A model generated the notes under the pieces. It was not told the origin of the DNA. It saw only the letters and a list, made by a program, of their open reading frames with translations, and made no database searches. A stretch of 64,000 bases of DNA from a virus. Where the stretch lies: positions 14,419-78,418 of the IMG/VR virus record IMGVR_UViG_3300045977_000336; one strand, written 5' to 3'. Position 1 is the first letter of the stretch; each line of letters opens with the position of its first letter. Positions 48,868 through 57,032 of this stretch are shown here, piece after piece. The position numbers and the translations under genes are program-made.

Positions 48868-49932
48868 ATGGCCGACCTAACCCTCATCTCCTGGACCGAT
48901 CGCACGCACAACGAATGGATCGGCTGCACCAAACTCTCGGCCGGCTGCACCAACTGCTACGCCGAAGTCGATACCCCCACGCGTGTGCTCCGCGCCCACG
49001 GCCAGGAAACCTGGGGACCGCGTGGCATCCGCCACCTGACCTCCGCCTCGAATCGCCGCAAGCCCTACGCGTGGAACAAGCAAGACTGGCAAGAGTGCGA
49101 CTGTGGCTGGCGCGGACCCATGAGTAACACGCACATCGATTGCCCCGAGTGCGGCCGCATCGTTCTGCATCCCACGCGCCAGCGCGTGTTCTGTTCGTCA
49201 TTGTCTGATGTGTTCGAAGTCAACCCGCAACTGAAAACCTACCGCCGCGACCTCTTCAAGACGATCGAGGATTGCCGCAACTTGGACTGGCTCTTGTTAA
49301 CTAAACGGCCCGAGTATGTCGTCCCTCTTATTGAAGGTGCTACCGGTCGAACGGCCGCGGCGTGGCTGGCCGACTGCCGTCATGTGCGCATCGGCACCAC
49401 CGTCGAGAATCAGCCCATGGCCAACCAGCGCATACCTGCATTGCTCAAGATCCCGTCCAGCCTGCTCTTCCTCTCGTGCGAGCCACTCCTGGGCCCCATC
49501 GACTTCACGGTCACCGTCGATCCCGGCGACGAATATGGCGACGGTGTGACTCATTGGAACATGCTGTCCGGCGAGCGTTGGATGAAGGACGGCTTCGAAA
49601 AAGACCTTCCCGGCGAGCGTGCCATCGACTGGGTGATCGCGGGCGGCGAATCTGGCCAGAATGCCCGGCCGATGCACCCCGCCTGGGCGCGTTCGCTGCG
49701 CGATCAATGCGAACTCGCGAACATCCCCTTCCACTTCAAGCAATGGGGTGAATGGCTCGTCAGCTCACATCTCATGGTTGGTGAACACCCAGACACCGGG
49801 CAATATGCCCGGCCGTGGCGCGGTGAAGGCGATGACACCCTCATGGTGCGTGTCGGCAAGAAAGCCGCCGGCCACGTGCTCGACGGTCGGATGCATCGCG
49901 CCTTCCCCGACTTTGGAAAGGCCCTGGTTTAA
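48868..49932 (+). CDS. Second DUF5131/Gp37-Gp68 protein with a zinc-ribbon insert
   Basis: ISWTD..CTKLSAGCTNCYA, LSDVF, LLTKRP, GGESG and FKQWGEW. Confidence 0.9.
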   Translation: MADLTLISWTDRTHNEWIGCTKLSAGCTNCYAEVDTPTRVLRAHGQETWGPRGIRHLTSASNRRKPYAWNKQDWQECDCGWRGPMSNTHIDCPECGRIVLHPTRQRVFCSSLSDVFEVNPQLKTYRRDLFKTIEDCRNLDWLLLTKRPEYVVPLIEGATGRTAAAWLADCRHVRIGTTVENQPMANQRIPALLKIPSSLLFLSCEPLLGPIDFTVTVDPGDEYGDGVTHWNMLSGERWMKDGFEKDLPGERAIDWVIAGGESGQNARPMHPAWARSLRDQCELANIPFHFKQWGEWLVSSHLMVGEHPDTGQYARPWRGEGDDTLMVRVGKKAAGHVLDGRMHRAFPDFGKALV

Positions 49933-49934
49933 CC

Positions 49935-50300
49935 ATGCCTCTCTCACATCGCCCAAATCCCAACCAAGCCCAGATCGACCGCCTCACCGGCCCGGCCCGC
50001 GCCTACTACGACTCCTTCACCCGGCACAAACCCCGCGTGGACATCGTCGGCAATCTGGCCGTGTTCACCTGGACGTTTTCCCAGACTCCCTCGCTCAGCC
50101 CCATGCAGATCCACCGCGCCTACAGCCCCCACGCCACCCGCTGGGCTCTGCGCCAGAGAAGGGGCGAACAGGACGCCGCGCACGATCGGGCGCCGGCCGC
50201 CGAGACGACCGGAGTCAATGAGGAGGCCTCCGCGAGAGAAGCCCATAAGGCTCTTGACACACCGGGAGAAAACTGGGGATTGACAAGCGAAGCGAAGTAG
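49935..50300 (+). CDS. Hypothetical protein
   Basis: 121-aa ORF contiguous with the operon. Confidence 0.45.
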   Translation: MPLSHRPNPNQAQIDRLTGPARAYYDSFTRHKPRVDIVGNLAVFTWTFSQTPSLSPMQIHRAYSPHATRWALRQRRGEQDAAHDRAPAAETTGVNEEASAREAHKALDTPGENWGLTSEAK

Positions 50301-50338
50301 AGTAATATATTACAAAATATTACAAAACACTACAATAC
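50280..50338 (+). promoter_or_regulatory. Consensus promoter followed by three 10-bp direct repeats (putative RHH operator)
   Basis: TTGACA-N17-TAATAT, then ATTACAAAAT ATTACAAAAC ACTACAATAC. Confidence 0.7.
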
Positions 50339-50339
50339 T

Positions 50340-50594
50340 ATGGCTAAAAAAGAACCGACCACCGTGGTTTCCATTCGAATTCCAGTCACACTGGATGCCT
50401 GCCTGCAACAGCTGGCCGCTGCCGACGATCGCTCTAAGAACTCCGTGATCGTCCGCGTTTTGCAGCGCGGGGTTCATCTGTACCACCCGCTGCATCCAGT
50501 TCGGTCAGCCCGGTCTCGATCAGCAAAAGCATCTGTTGATTCAGCGAGCGCTTCGCCTGTTTCGCCATCTGCATCATCCGATCGCGCAGACTGA
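50340..50594 (+). CDS. Arc-like RHH regulator 1
   Basis: VVSIRIPVTLDACLQQLAAADDRSKNSVIVRVL. Confidence 0.75.
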   Translation: MAKKEPTTVVSIRIPVTLDACLQQLAAADDRSKNSVIVRVLQRGVHLYHPLHPVRSARSRSAKASVDSASASPVSPSASSDRAD

Positions 50595-50652
50595 CCGGCA
50601 GTCGCACGGAGACTACTACGGTTTCTTCATCGTAAATTCGAGGTCGTGCCAT
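50434..50652 (-). CDS. Arc-like RHH regulator 2 (leaderless; antisense overlap with RHH 1)
   Basis: VVSVRLPVSLRDRMMQMAKQAKRSLNQQMLLLI; TGcTAAAAT-N6-ATG. Confidence 0.8.
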   Translation of the reverse strand: MARPRIYDEETVVVSVRLPVSLRDRMMQMAKQAKRSLNQQMLLLIETGLTELDAAGGTDEPRAAKRGRSRSS

Positions 50653-50754
50653 GAACGCATTTTAGCACATCGTAAAAATAAAACGGGGAGAGTGTTCTGA
50701 CCACTCTCCCCCGGCAGGGCGACTCGACAATCTCCCTGCCGCGATCATTCTACC

Positions 50755-51069
50755 ATGAAAGGACTCGACGCAATGGCTACCGAAGAAAGCGACACCAAAC
50801 TGACTGACCCACAGACAAAGGCTCTGATGCGCTACGGCCGCGACTTGGCGACTCTGCTCTGGCAGAAGGTCATTGCCAGTTCAACACCGGAAACCCGGCA
50901 AGCGTTGTTTACGTGGCGACACTTGATGAGCATGGCTGAAAGCATGTTACCTGAGAAAGACGTGTCGCCGCGCTATCGCAATGTCGAACATGAAAGTCTA
51001 TTGCGGGAAATCCAGGCGGCAGAATACATTTTGACGGGTGCGACGCCGGACATCTTCGCGAAGAACTGA
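50755..51069 (+). CDS. Hypothetical helical protein upstream of tnpB
   Basis: 104-aa ORF with no transposase motifs. Confidence 0.6.
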   Translation: MKGLDAMATEESDTKLTDPQTKALMRYGRDLATLLWQKVIASSTPETRQALFTWRHLMSMAESMLPEKDVSPRYRNVEHESLLREIQAAEYILTGATPDIFAKN

Positions 51070-51098
51070 ACTGACTAACAACTCAAGGCTAAACGAAT

Positions 51099-52298
51099 AT
51101 GCCTGTCAAGAAAGCATTCAAGGTAGAAATCGACGCCACGCCTACGCAGATCATTGTGCTGCGTAAACACGCGGGCGCGCGCCGCTTCGTCTACAACTGG
51201 ATGCTGGCTCAGTGCATCAACGCACGCGAGCAAGGCGAAAAGCGCCCCTCGACCTACGACCTCGTCAAGCGCTTTCGCGCCGAAGTCAAGCCAAATCTCG
51301 AATGGTATGCCGAAATTTCATCGCGCACCGAAGAAGGCGCGGCGCGCGATTTAGACATGGCTTACAAACATTTCTTTCGGCGCATCAAGCAAGGGAGGCG
51401 CGGCAAGCAGGCTGGCTTCCCGAAATTCAAACGAAAACGCGACGGCGTGGGCAGCTTCGCTACATTCGGTAAGATCCGCGTCACTACCGAGTCCGTGACT
51501 ATCCAGAAGGTCGGGCGGTTGAAGTTGAAAGAGCGCGGGTACATCCCGACTGATATTCGCGTTACGAGCGCGACGCTCAGCACGCGCGGTGGGCGTTGGT
51601 TTATCTCCTGCCTGTGCAAAGTTGAGATCGCACCCGTTGAAAAGAGTGGCGTGATCGGCATCGATCTTGGCCTAAAGCACGCCGTCACGCTCAACGATGG
51701 CACTATCTTTGACGCTCCGAAACCGTTTGCGCGCCACGCCCGCAAGATGCGCCGCCTACAGAAGTCCGTCTCGCGTAAGCATATGGACAGCCAGCGCCGT
51801 CGAACCGCCGTAGCAAAATTGAACCGACTGCACGCTCGCATTGCCACTATCCGTGCTGACTTCATTCATAACCTCACTACGTCACTTGTGAAAACCAAGC
51901 AAGTGATCGTGATTGAGGATTTGAACATCAGCGGCATGGTCAGTAATCATCATGTAGCGCGGGCAATTAGCGATGTCGGCTTTTATGAGATTCGCCGCCA
52001 GTTGGAGTACAAAACAGCGTGGTATGGCGGCACAGTGTTGGTTGCCAGCCGGTGGTATCCATCGTCGAAGTTGTGCCACCGATGTGGATTCAAGAATGAA
52101 GATTTGAAGTTGACTGCCCGGGAATGGACGTGCCCGCAGTGTGGCTCATCTCTTGACCGGGACGTTAATGCGGCCTGCAATCTGGCCGCGCTCGCCGCGA
52201 ATTCCTCGGAGAGTCTAAACGGACGTGGAGGGGGGAGTTCAGAGGATGTGCTAGTCGCAACCTCTCAGCCCGCCGATGAAGCGTCAACCTGTGAGTAG
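51099..52298 (+). CDS. tnpB: RNA-guided endonuclease TnpB, catalytic triad intact
   Basis: HAGARRFVYN, FPKFK, GIDLG (D), IEDLN (E), CHRCG/CPQCG, DRDVNAA (D). Confidence 0.95.
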   Translation: MPVKKAFKVEIDATPTQIIVLRKHAGARRFVYNWMLAQCINAREQGEKRPSTYDLVKRFRAEVKPNLEWYAEISSRTEEGAARDLDMAYKHFFRRIKQGRRGKQAGFPKFKRKRDGVGSFATFGKIRVTTESVTIQKVGRLKLKERGYIPTDIRVTSATLSTRGGRWFISCLCKVEIAPVEKSGVIGIDLGLKHAVTLNDGTIFDAPKPFARHARKMRRLQKSVSRKHMDSQRRRTAVAKLNRLHARIATIRADFIHNLTTSLVKTKQVIVIEDLNISGMVSNHHVARAISDVGFYEIRRQLEYKTAWYGGTVLVASRWYPSSKLCHRCGFKNEDLKLTAREWTCPQCGSSLDRDVNAACNLAALAANSSESLNGRGGGSSEDVLVATSQPADEASTCE

Positions 52299-52326
52299 GG
52301 GAATGGAAAAAACCGTCGTGGTTTCC
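52190..52326 (+). ncRNA. Predicted omegaRNA (scaffold overlapping the tnpB 3' end, plus guide)
   Basis: Position typical for TnpB omegaRNAs; GAGG/CCTC stem and ATGAAGCGTCAAC...GGGAATGG end motif; boundaries approximate. Confidence 0.55.
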
Positions 52327-52514
52327 GTTCGTCTTGCAGCGGGGCGTGCACTTGTATCCGCCTCCTGCAAGCCCTTCTCGATCAAGACGATCAACTGCTG
52401 GCTCAGCGAGCGATGCTCAACCTCAGCCAACCGAACAACCTGATCGTGCAGGCTAGCCGGCATGCGCACGGAAACAATCATTGTCGGTTCTGCAAAGCTT
52501 TTTGGACGCGCCAT
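52284..52514 (-). CDS. Arc-like RHH regulator 3 (paralog of RHH 2)
   Basis: MARP..IVSVRMPASLHDQVVRLAEVEHRSLSQQLIVLIEKGL; same TGcTAAAAT-N6-ATG. Confidence 0.8.
   Translation of the reverse strand: MARPKSFAEPTMIVSVRMPASLHDQVVRLAEVEHRSLSQQLIVLIEKGLQEADTSARPAARRTETTTVFSIPLLTG
52303..52362 (+). pseudogene. Internally deleted copy of RHH 1
   Basis: ATG GAA AAA ACC GTC GTG GTT TCC GTT (MEKTVVVSV) fused out of frame to GTC TTG CAG CGG GGC GTG CAC TTG TAT (VLQRGVHLY), the same peptide as in RHH 1. Confidence 0.7.
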
Positions 52515-52554
52515 GCGAGCATTTTAGCATAAAAAGACGGGAGCGAGCACTCGC

Positions 52555-52818
52555 ATGCTCTTCACCTACTCCAACCACAACGCCGGAGCCGTCAAACCGG
52601 AATTTCCCGAAGACTTTCGCAACCGGCTCGAAGCCATCGACCTGGTCGTGCGCTCCGGCCAGCACAGCGCCGAATTCCTGGCAGGCGCCGAACTGGTCCT
52701 GACCGCCCTGGCCCGGCTCTACGGCATTCAGGTCGAACCGGCCGCGTATCCCGAACCGAATCCGAGTCCGTATGGCGCCGGCGTGGTGGTGATTCCACAC
52801 CCGCGCCTCACCCGTTAG
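52555..52818 (+). CDS. Hypothetical protein
   Basis: 87 aa with phage-like codon usage. Confidence 0.6.
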   Translation: MLFTYSNHNAGAVKPEFPEDFRNRLEAIDLVVRSGQHSAEFLAGAELVLTALARLYGIQVEPAAYPEPNPSPYGAGVVVIPHPRLTR

Positions 52819-52843
52819 GCATCCCGGCGCATTCTCCATCGAC

Positions 52844-52859
52844 TGTTCCCGCGGAAACA
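52844..52859. promoter_or_regulatory. parS-like palindrome
   Basis: TGTTCCCGCGGAAACA, intergenic, 14 nt before ATG 52874. Confidence 0.7.
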
Positions 52860-52873
52860 GTTCAGGGGGCAAC

Positions 52874-53452
52874 ATGAGCATTTTTGATCGCGCGAAAAAA
52901 GAAACATTTGAAGTTGTCGATCATCGCACCGGTAAGGTAGTCCAGCGGACTGGGCCTTTGGGCGAGATGCAGCACTCGCAACGCGGCGAGTGGACAACCT
53001 TCAAGACGCCGGACGGCCGCGTGATTACGTGCCCGGCTGATCAAATCGGCGCATATCTTAAAGTCGCCGCCCACGATCGCGCCGGTGTGTACGAAGGCAG
53101 AATCACCCAGCAGCAGTATGCCAATCAAGTTAAGAGCCAAATCGACGCTCAGCTTTATGCGTCACGACAGATGAGCGTTAGCGACCAACTCGCAGCCGAA
53201 TCACGCAGGCGCACCGAACTTGACGAGCAAGCAAGGAAGCGGCACAAAGCGCGCATGTTGCATGATGAGGAGCAGAGGCAATACCCGCGCCACTCGGCGT
53301 CGGAATACGATCTTGAGCGAGATCGGCAGCGCGCCGCCAGTTTAGCCGCCAAGAATGATCGCGCTTACCATCGATTCATGAATAAGATTACATACGGCTT
53401 TTTATTTGTGGCATTCGTCGTGATGGCGTGGGGCGGCATCGTAGGATTCTAA
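52874..53452 (+). CDS. Hypothetical protein with a C-terminal TM helix
   Basis: Ends ITYGFLFVAFVVMAWGGIVGF. Confidence 0.65.
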   Translation: MSIFDRAKKETFEVVDHRTGKVVQRTGPLGEMQHSQRGEWTTFKTPDGRVITCPADQIGAYLKVAAHDRAGVYEGRITQQQYANQVKSQIDAQLYASRQMSVSDQLAAESRRRTELDEQARKRHKARMLHDEEQRQYPRHSASEYDLERDRQRAASLAAKNDRAYHRFMNKITYGFLFVAFVVMAWGGIVGF

Positions 53453-53480
53453 ACCACGTTACCGACGATGAGGAGGCAAC

Positions 53481-53672
53481 ATGAAGGTATTTGAGTGGGA
53501 GCCGGAAGACCCCAAGGGCGTTATCGCAGGCCTTTGGGTCGGGATACTGAGCGAACGCCTCGCTGCCAAGCGGCGCGAGGCGAAGCGGCAAGCTACTAAC
53601 GCGAAAGCAGCGACAGAAAAAAAGACGCGCTTGCGGGACGCTGTCCTAGCACTTCCGGCCAGGAAAAAGTAA
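53481..53672 (+). CDS. Small basic protein
   Basis: AGGAGG RBS. Confidence 0.5.
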   Translation: MKVFEWEPEDPKGVIAGLWVGILSERLAAKRREAKRQATNAKAATEKKTRLRDAVLALPARKK

Positions 53673-53677
53673 ACGCC

Positions 53678-54136
53678 ATGTATCTGAACGATCTCTTCGC
53701 CGACATCATCTGTGAAGTCTTGTTGGCCAATGGCATTGAAACCCGCGTGCCGTTTGGCGAGACATGGCCGGGCGTAATTATCGCCGTTGTCAGCGCCAAA
53801 CGCGATGCCCGCACCATGACGTGGCTGTGCGATGAGATCCGCGTGACCACTATGCAACGCGCCGGCGAGACTGGCTATCGTGTGGATTACAACGAAATAA
53901 ACGGCCGCGGCTGCTACATCCTCAACCATCCAGTGAGAGCGCCACGGACGGCGAATGCCAGCAGCACGACGGTGCAGCCTATCCAGCAGCTGCGCGCGCC
54001 GCGTCCGGTCTATGATGTGCGGGCAGGGCCGTACCCGCCGCTGCTGGCCGCCGTCAACGCAGACAGCGCGGCGCGGCTTGAGGAAATGAAACGGCTCAAA
54101 GCGCACAATCTTAACGGGAGAGGGAGAGCAACATGA
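53678..54136 (+). CDS. Hypothetical protein
   Basis: Coupled (ATGA) to the FtsK-like gene. Confidence 0.55.
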   Translation: MYLNDLFADIICEVLLANGIETRVPFGETWPGVIIAVVSAKRDARTMTWLCDEIRVTTMQRAGETGYRVDYNEINGRGCYILNHPVRAPRTANASSTTVQPIQQLRAPRPVYDVRAGPYPPLLAAVNADSAARLEEMKRLKAHNLNGRGRAT

Positions 54137-55437
54137 GCCGCGAACAACAGATCGCACTACTCAAAACCAGCGGGGCCGCCCTGTATCATGCGGCGCTGGC
54201 CGGGCATTTGAACAACGGCAAGCCGATCGAGATGCAGCCGCCCACGGCCGTCGCCGGTCCGCGCGCCGGCGCGCTGGAAGTCTACGCGGGACTGGACACC
54301 GCCAACTTGCTGCGCCTTCTCTCAGAGCACGACTGCGCCACCGCCGCCCAGTTTATCCCCTGGGAATTCAACAAGGCCTCGGTCTACATGACCGGCCGCC
54401 GCATCCGCATCGAAGCGCCGTGGCCCGATGGGCTCGCCAACAAAGACGTGCGCATCACCGAACTCAACCGGCGCCCCGCGCACTCGGGCCAGTTCGTATT
54501 GGGCATGACGGAATTCGGCAGCACGGCGCTGCTCCAGATCGACGACACCCGGCCCCATGTCCTGGTCGCCGGCACCACCGGCAGCGGCAAGACCACCGCC
54601 ACCAAGACCGCCCTGGTTCAATTGAGCCAGTACGGCGATCTCATCATCTTGCTGGACGGCAAGGGCGGCCAGTCGCTGCGCGGCTTCGATCATTTGCCGG
54701 GTGTGATCGGCCCGCTGGTGACCACCATCGACGACGCCCGCGCCGCGCTCGCCTACGCCGTATCCGAAATGACGCGCCGGCAGGCCTCCATGACCGGCCG
54801 TGAACAGCGCATCTACGTCATCGTCGAAGAAATCTCCACCTTCATCGAAGACGGCGTCATCGTGGCGATGATCAAGCAGATCGCCCAGCAGGGCCGGGAG
54901 AGCAAAGTGCACCTCATCCTCACCACCCAGCGGCCCACGGCCGCCACTCTCGGCGATCCGGCCATCAAGCTCAACACGCCTTCGCGCGTGGCCATGCACG
55001 TGCCCGACGCCTCGTCGAGCATCATCGTCACCGGCCGGTCGGACATCCGGGCCGACTATCTGGGCGATCGGGGTGACGCCTATGCCATCTCGCCCACCGG
55101 TGTGGCCCGTCTGCAAGTCGGCTATTTCTCGCCGCACGAAATTGACCGAGTCCTGACCGAACAGCCCGAACTGACTGACTGGCCTGACTTCGACCCGCAG
55201 ATCCCGGAGTCAGCCGATCGGGCCTTCGACGACCGGGCCGTGGCCGTCAGCCTCATCCACGCCACCCGGACCAACCGCGGCAAACCGCTGGGCCGCCCCG
55301 CGCTGATCGAGATGCTGGACAAAGCCGAAGCCAAACGCCCCGGCACCGACGGCCTGCGCAGCCTAATGAGCCGGGCGCGCGCCATTGTTTCCGAACTCGA
55401 CCGGCAGGGTTACGCGATCAAAGCGCTGACTGACTGA
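54133..55437 (+). CDS. FtsK/SpoIIIE-family ATPase
   Basis: PHVLVAGTTGSGKT, LLDGKGG, VIVEE, GRESKVHLILTTQRP and ADYLGDRGD. Confidence 0.88.
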   Translation: MSREQQIALLKTSGAALYHAALAGHLNNGKPIEMQPPTAVAGPRAGALEVYAGLDTANLLRLLSEHDCATAAQFIPWEFNKASVYMTGRRIRIEAPWPDGLANKDVRITELNRRPAHSGQFVLGMTEFGSTALLQIDDTRPHVLVAGTTGSGKTTATKTALVQLSQYGDLIILLDGKGGQSLRGFDHLPGVIGPLVTTIDDARAALAYAVSEMTRRQASMTGREQRIYVIVEEISTFIEDGVIVAMIKQIAQQGRESKVHLILTTQRPTAATLGDPAIKLNTPSRVAMHVPDASSSIIVTGRSDIRADYLGDRGDAYAISPTGVARLQVGYFSPHEIDRVLTEQPELTDWPDFDPQIPESADRAFDDRAVAVSLIHATRTNRGKPLGRPALIEMLDKAEAKRPGTDGLRSLMSRARAIVSELDRQGYAIKALTD

Positions 55438-55542
55438 CTCAATCCTCCCCTCTCCAGTAGGAGAGGGGGCAGGGGGTGAGGTGGGTGAGGGGTGATCCCC
55501 CCCCTATGCCGTTCAGTCAGTCAGTCAACAGGATGGTCAATC

Positions 55543-55944
55543 ATGAAAAAAAACAATCTCGACGAAATGTGGCGCTTCATGGGCATCTTCATCGCCGTGC
55601 TCATCGCCCTTGCCGTCATCGCCCTGCTGATCTACGGCCTCATCGGCTACATCGATGACACACCCGGCAACCCGCATCGCCTGCTGGCCACGCTGCTGAC
55701 CATGCTGCTGCCCGTCGCCTACATCGTTGGCCGGCGCGAAGGCAAAGCTCACCGCGAAGGCGTCGAACGCGGCATCGGCCTGAAAGTCAGCGCGCAGCGT
55801 CCCGCCGCGGCAGCCCCCAAGCCCGGCTTATCCGGCGCTCCGCCCGGCGCTGCATCGGCCTCTCCACGCTGGCAGGGCGTCGTCCCGCCAGACGTGGACA
55901 TCAAGGTCAGGCAAGCCAAAGACGATGACGTCATTGTATTGTGA
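55543..55944 (+). CDS. Two-TM membrane protein
   Basis: Hydrophobic helices after MKKNNLDEMWRF. Confidence 0.65.
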   Translation: MKKNNLDEMWRFMGIFIAVLIALAVIALLIYGLIGYIDDTPGNPHRLLATLLTMLLPVAYIVGRREGKAHREGVERGIGLKVSAQRPAAAAPKPGLSGAPPGAASASPRWQGVVPPDVDIKVRQAKDDDVIVL

Positions 55945-56151
55945 CATCCTGTGGGGTGTGCTGATTCTAGTGCTGGTGGCCTGGCTGATGGAACTGGCCG
56001 GGTCCCGGCCCCCGCCGCGCAAGCGCAAGCGCACCGGGATCTGGGTGCAGGACGATGCCCGCGGCGTTCGGACGAAGGCCAGGCAGCGGTGATGGGCAAG
56101 TTGACCAGACGAACCTGAAACAACGCGCAGCACAAACAGAAATGAGTTTCG

Positions 56152-56559
56152 ATGAAAGCACTATCCATCAAGCAACCATGGACCTACGCCATTCTCCATC
56201 TGGGCAAGCGCATCGAGAATCGCACCTGGGCGCCGCCGGCCAGCGTCATCGGGCAAACCATTGCCTTGCATGCCAGCGCCAAAGATGATCAAGCTGGTTA
56301 CAGGGATGTCTTCCAGATTGCCGGCGTGCGTGTTGGTCGGGACGTGACGCGCGGCGCAGTCGTCGCCACGGCGAAAGTGATCGGCTGGATCGACCAGCGC
56401 GGCAACTTCAGCGTACCATCCAACTATCCCATCCTCGCGCTGGATGGCAAATGGTTCTTTGGTCCAATCGGTTGGATCCTCGACGACATCAAACCGCTCG
56501 ATCAGCCGATACCCGCTAAAGGCGCCCTTGGCCTGTGGGAATGGAAAACTGATTACTAA
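56152..56559 (+). CDS. ASCH domain protein
   Basis: MKALSIKQPW..GKRIENR..KGALGLW. Confidence 0.9.
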   Translation: MKALSIKQPWTYAILHLGKRIENRTWAPPASVIGQTIALHASAKDDQAGYRDVFQIAGVRVGRDVTRGAVVATAKVIGWIDQRGNFSVPSNYPILALDGKWFFGPIGWILDDIKPLDQPIPAKGALGLWEWKTDY

Positions 56560-56599
56560 TTACTGATCCCTGATCCATAAACCCTGAGGACTGATAACT

Positions 56600-57004
56600 A
56601 TGACTGCGAACACTGCGAGCAAATCTATACGCCATTCCCGCCGGCCATCTTCGCGCCATTCGCGCCCCATGAAGGCTGCGAACAAAATCAAGGCATCCCG
56701 GCCCGCCACGTCCAAAGAAATCGACGAGGTGCGCACCCATTTGAAGTGGATGATCGAGCACGACTTCACCTATTCCATGCTGGAGAAAGATTTGGGCAAG
56801 TCAAGCGGTTGGCTGAACAAGGTGGTGCGCAATACCGATCGCTACACCGTGACTTCGATCGACGTGGCCGTCATCCGGGCCTCGTACCGCTCGGCCTTCC
56901 GGCTGCACGGCCGACAGCAGCGCAAATATGCCCTCATGCAGCAGATCATCGTCAAGGCCGGCGGCATTATGCGCGACGTAGAAGAGTTAAGCCAGGAAGT
57001 CTAG
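56600..57004 (+). CDS. Putative HTH DNA-binding protein
   Basis: FTYSMLEKDLGKSSGWLNKV. Confidence 0.55.
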   Translation: MTANTASKSIRHSRRPSSRHSRPMKAANKIKASRPATSKEIDEVRTHLKWMIEHDFTYSMLEKDLGKSSGWLNKVVRNTDRYTVTSIDVAVIRASYRSAFRLHGRQQRKYALMQQIIVKAGGIMRDVEELSQEV

Positions 57005-57032
57005 GCGCGGCGTTTGGAGAGGCGAGAATAGC

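Noticed and set aside
51099-52298. TnpB as a nuclease-dead TldR regulator, a Cas12f, or a complete IS200/IS605/IS607 element
   Set aside because: All three RuvC acidic residues are present, there is no CRISPR array, and the upstream 104-aa ORF has no HUH or serine transposase motif
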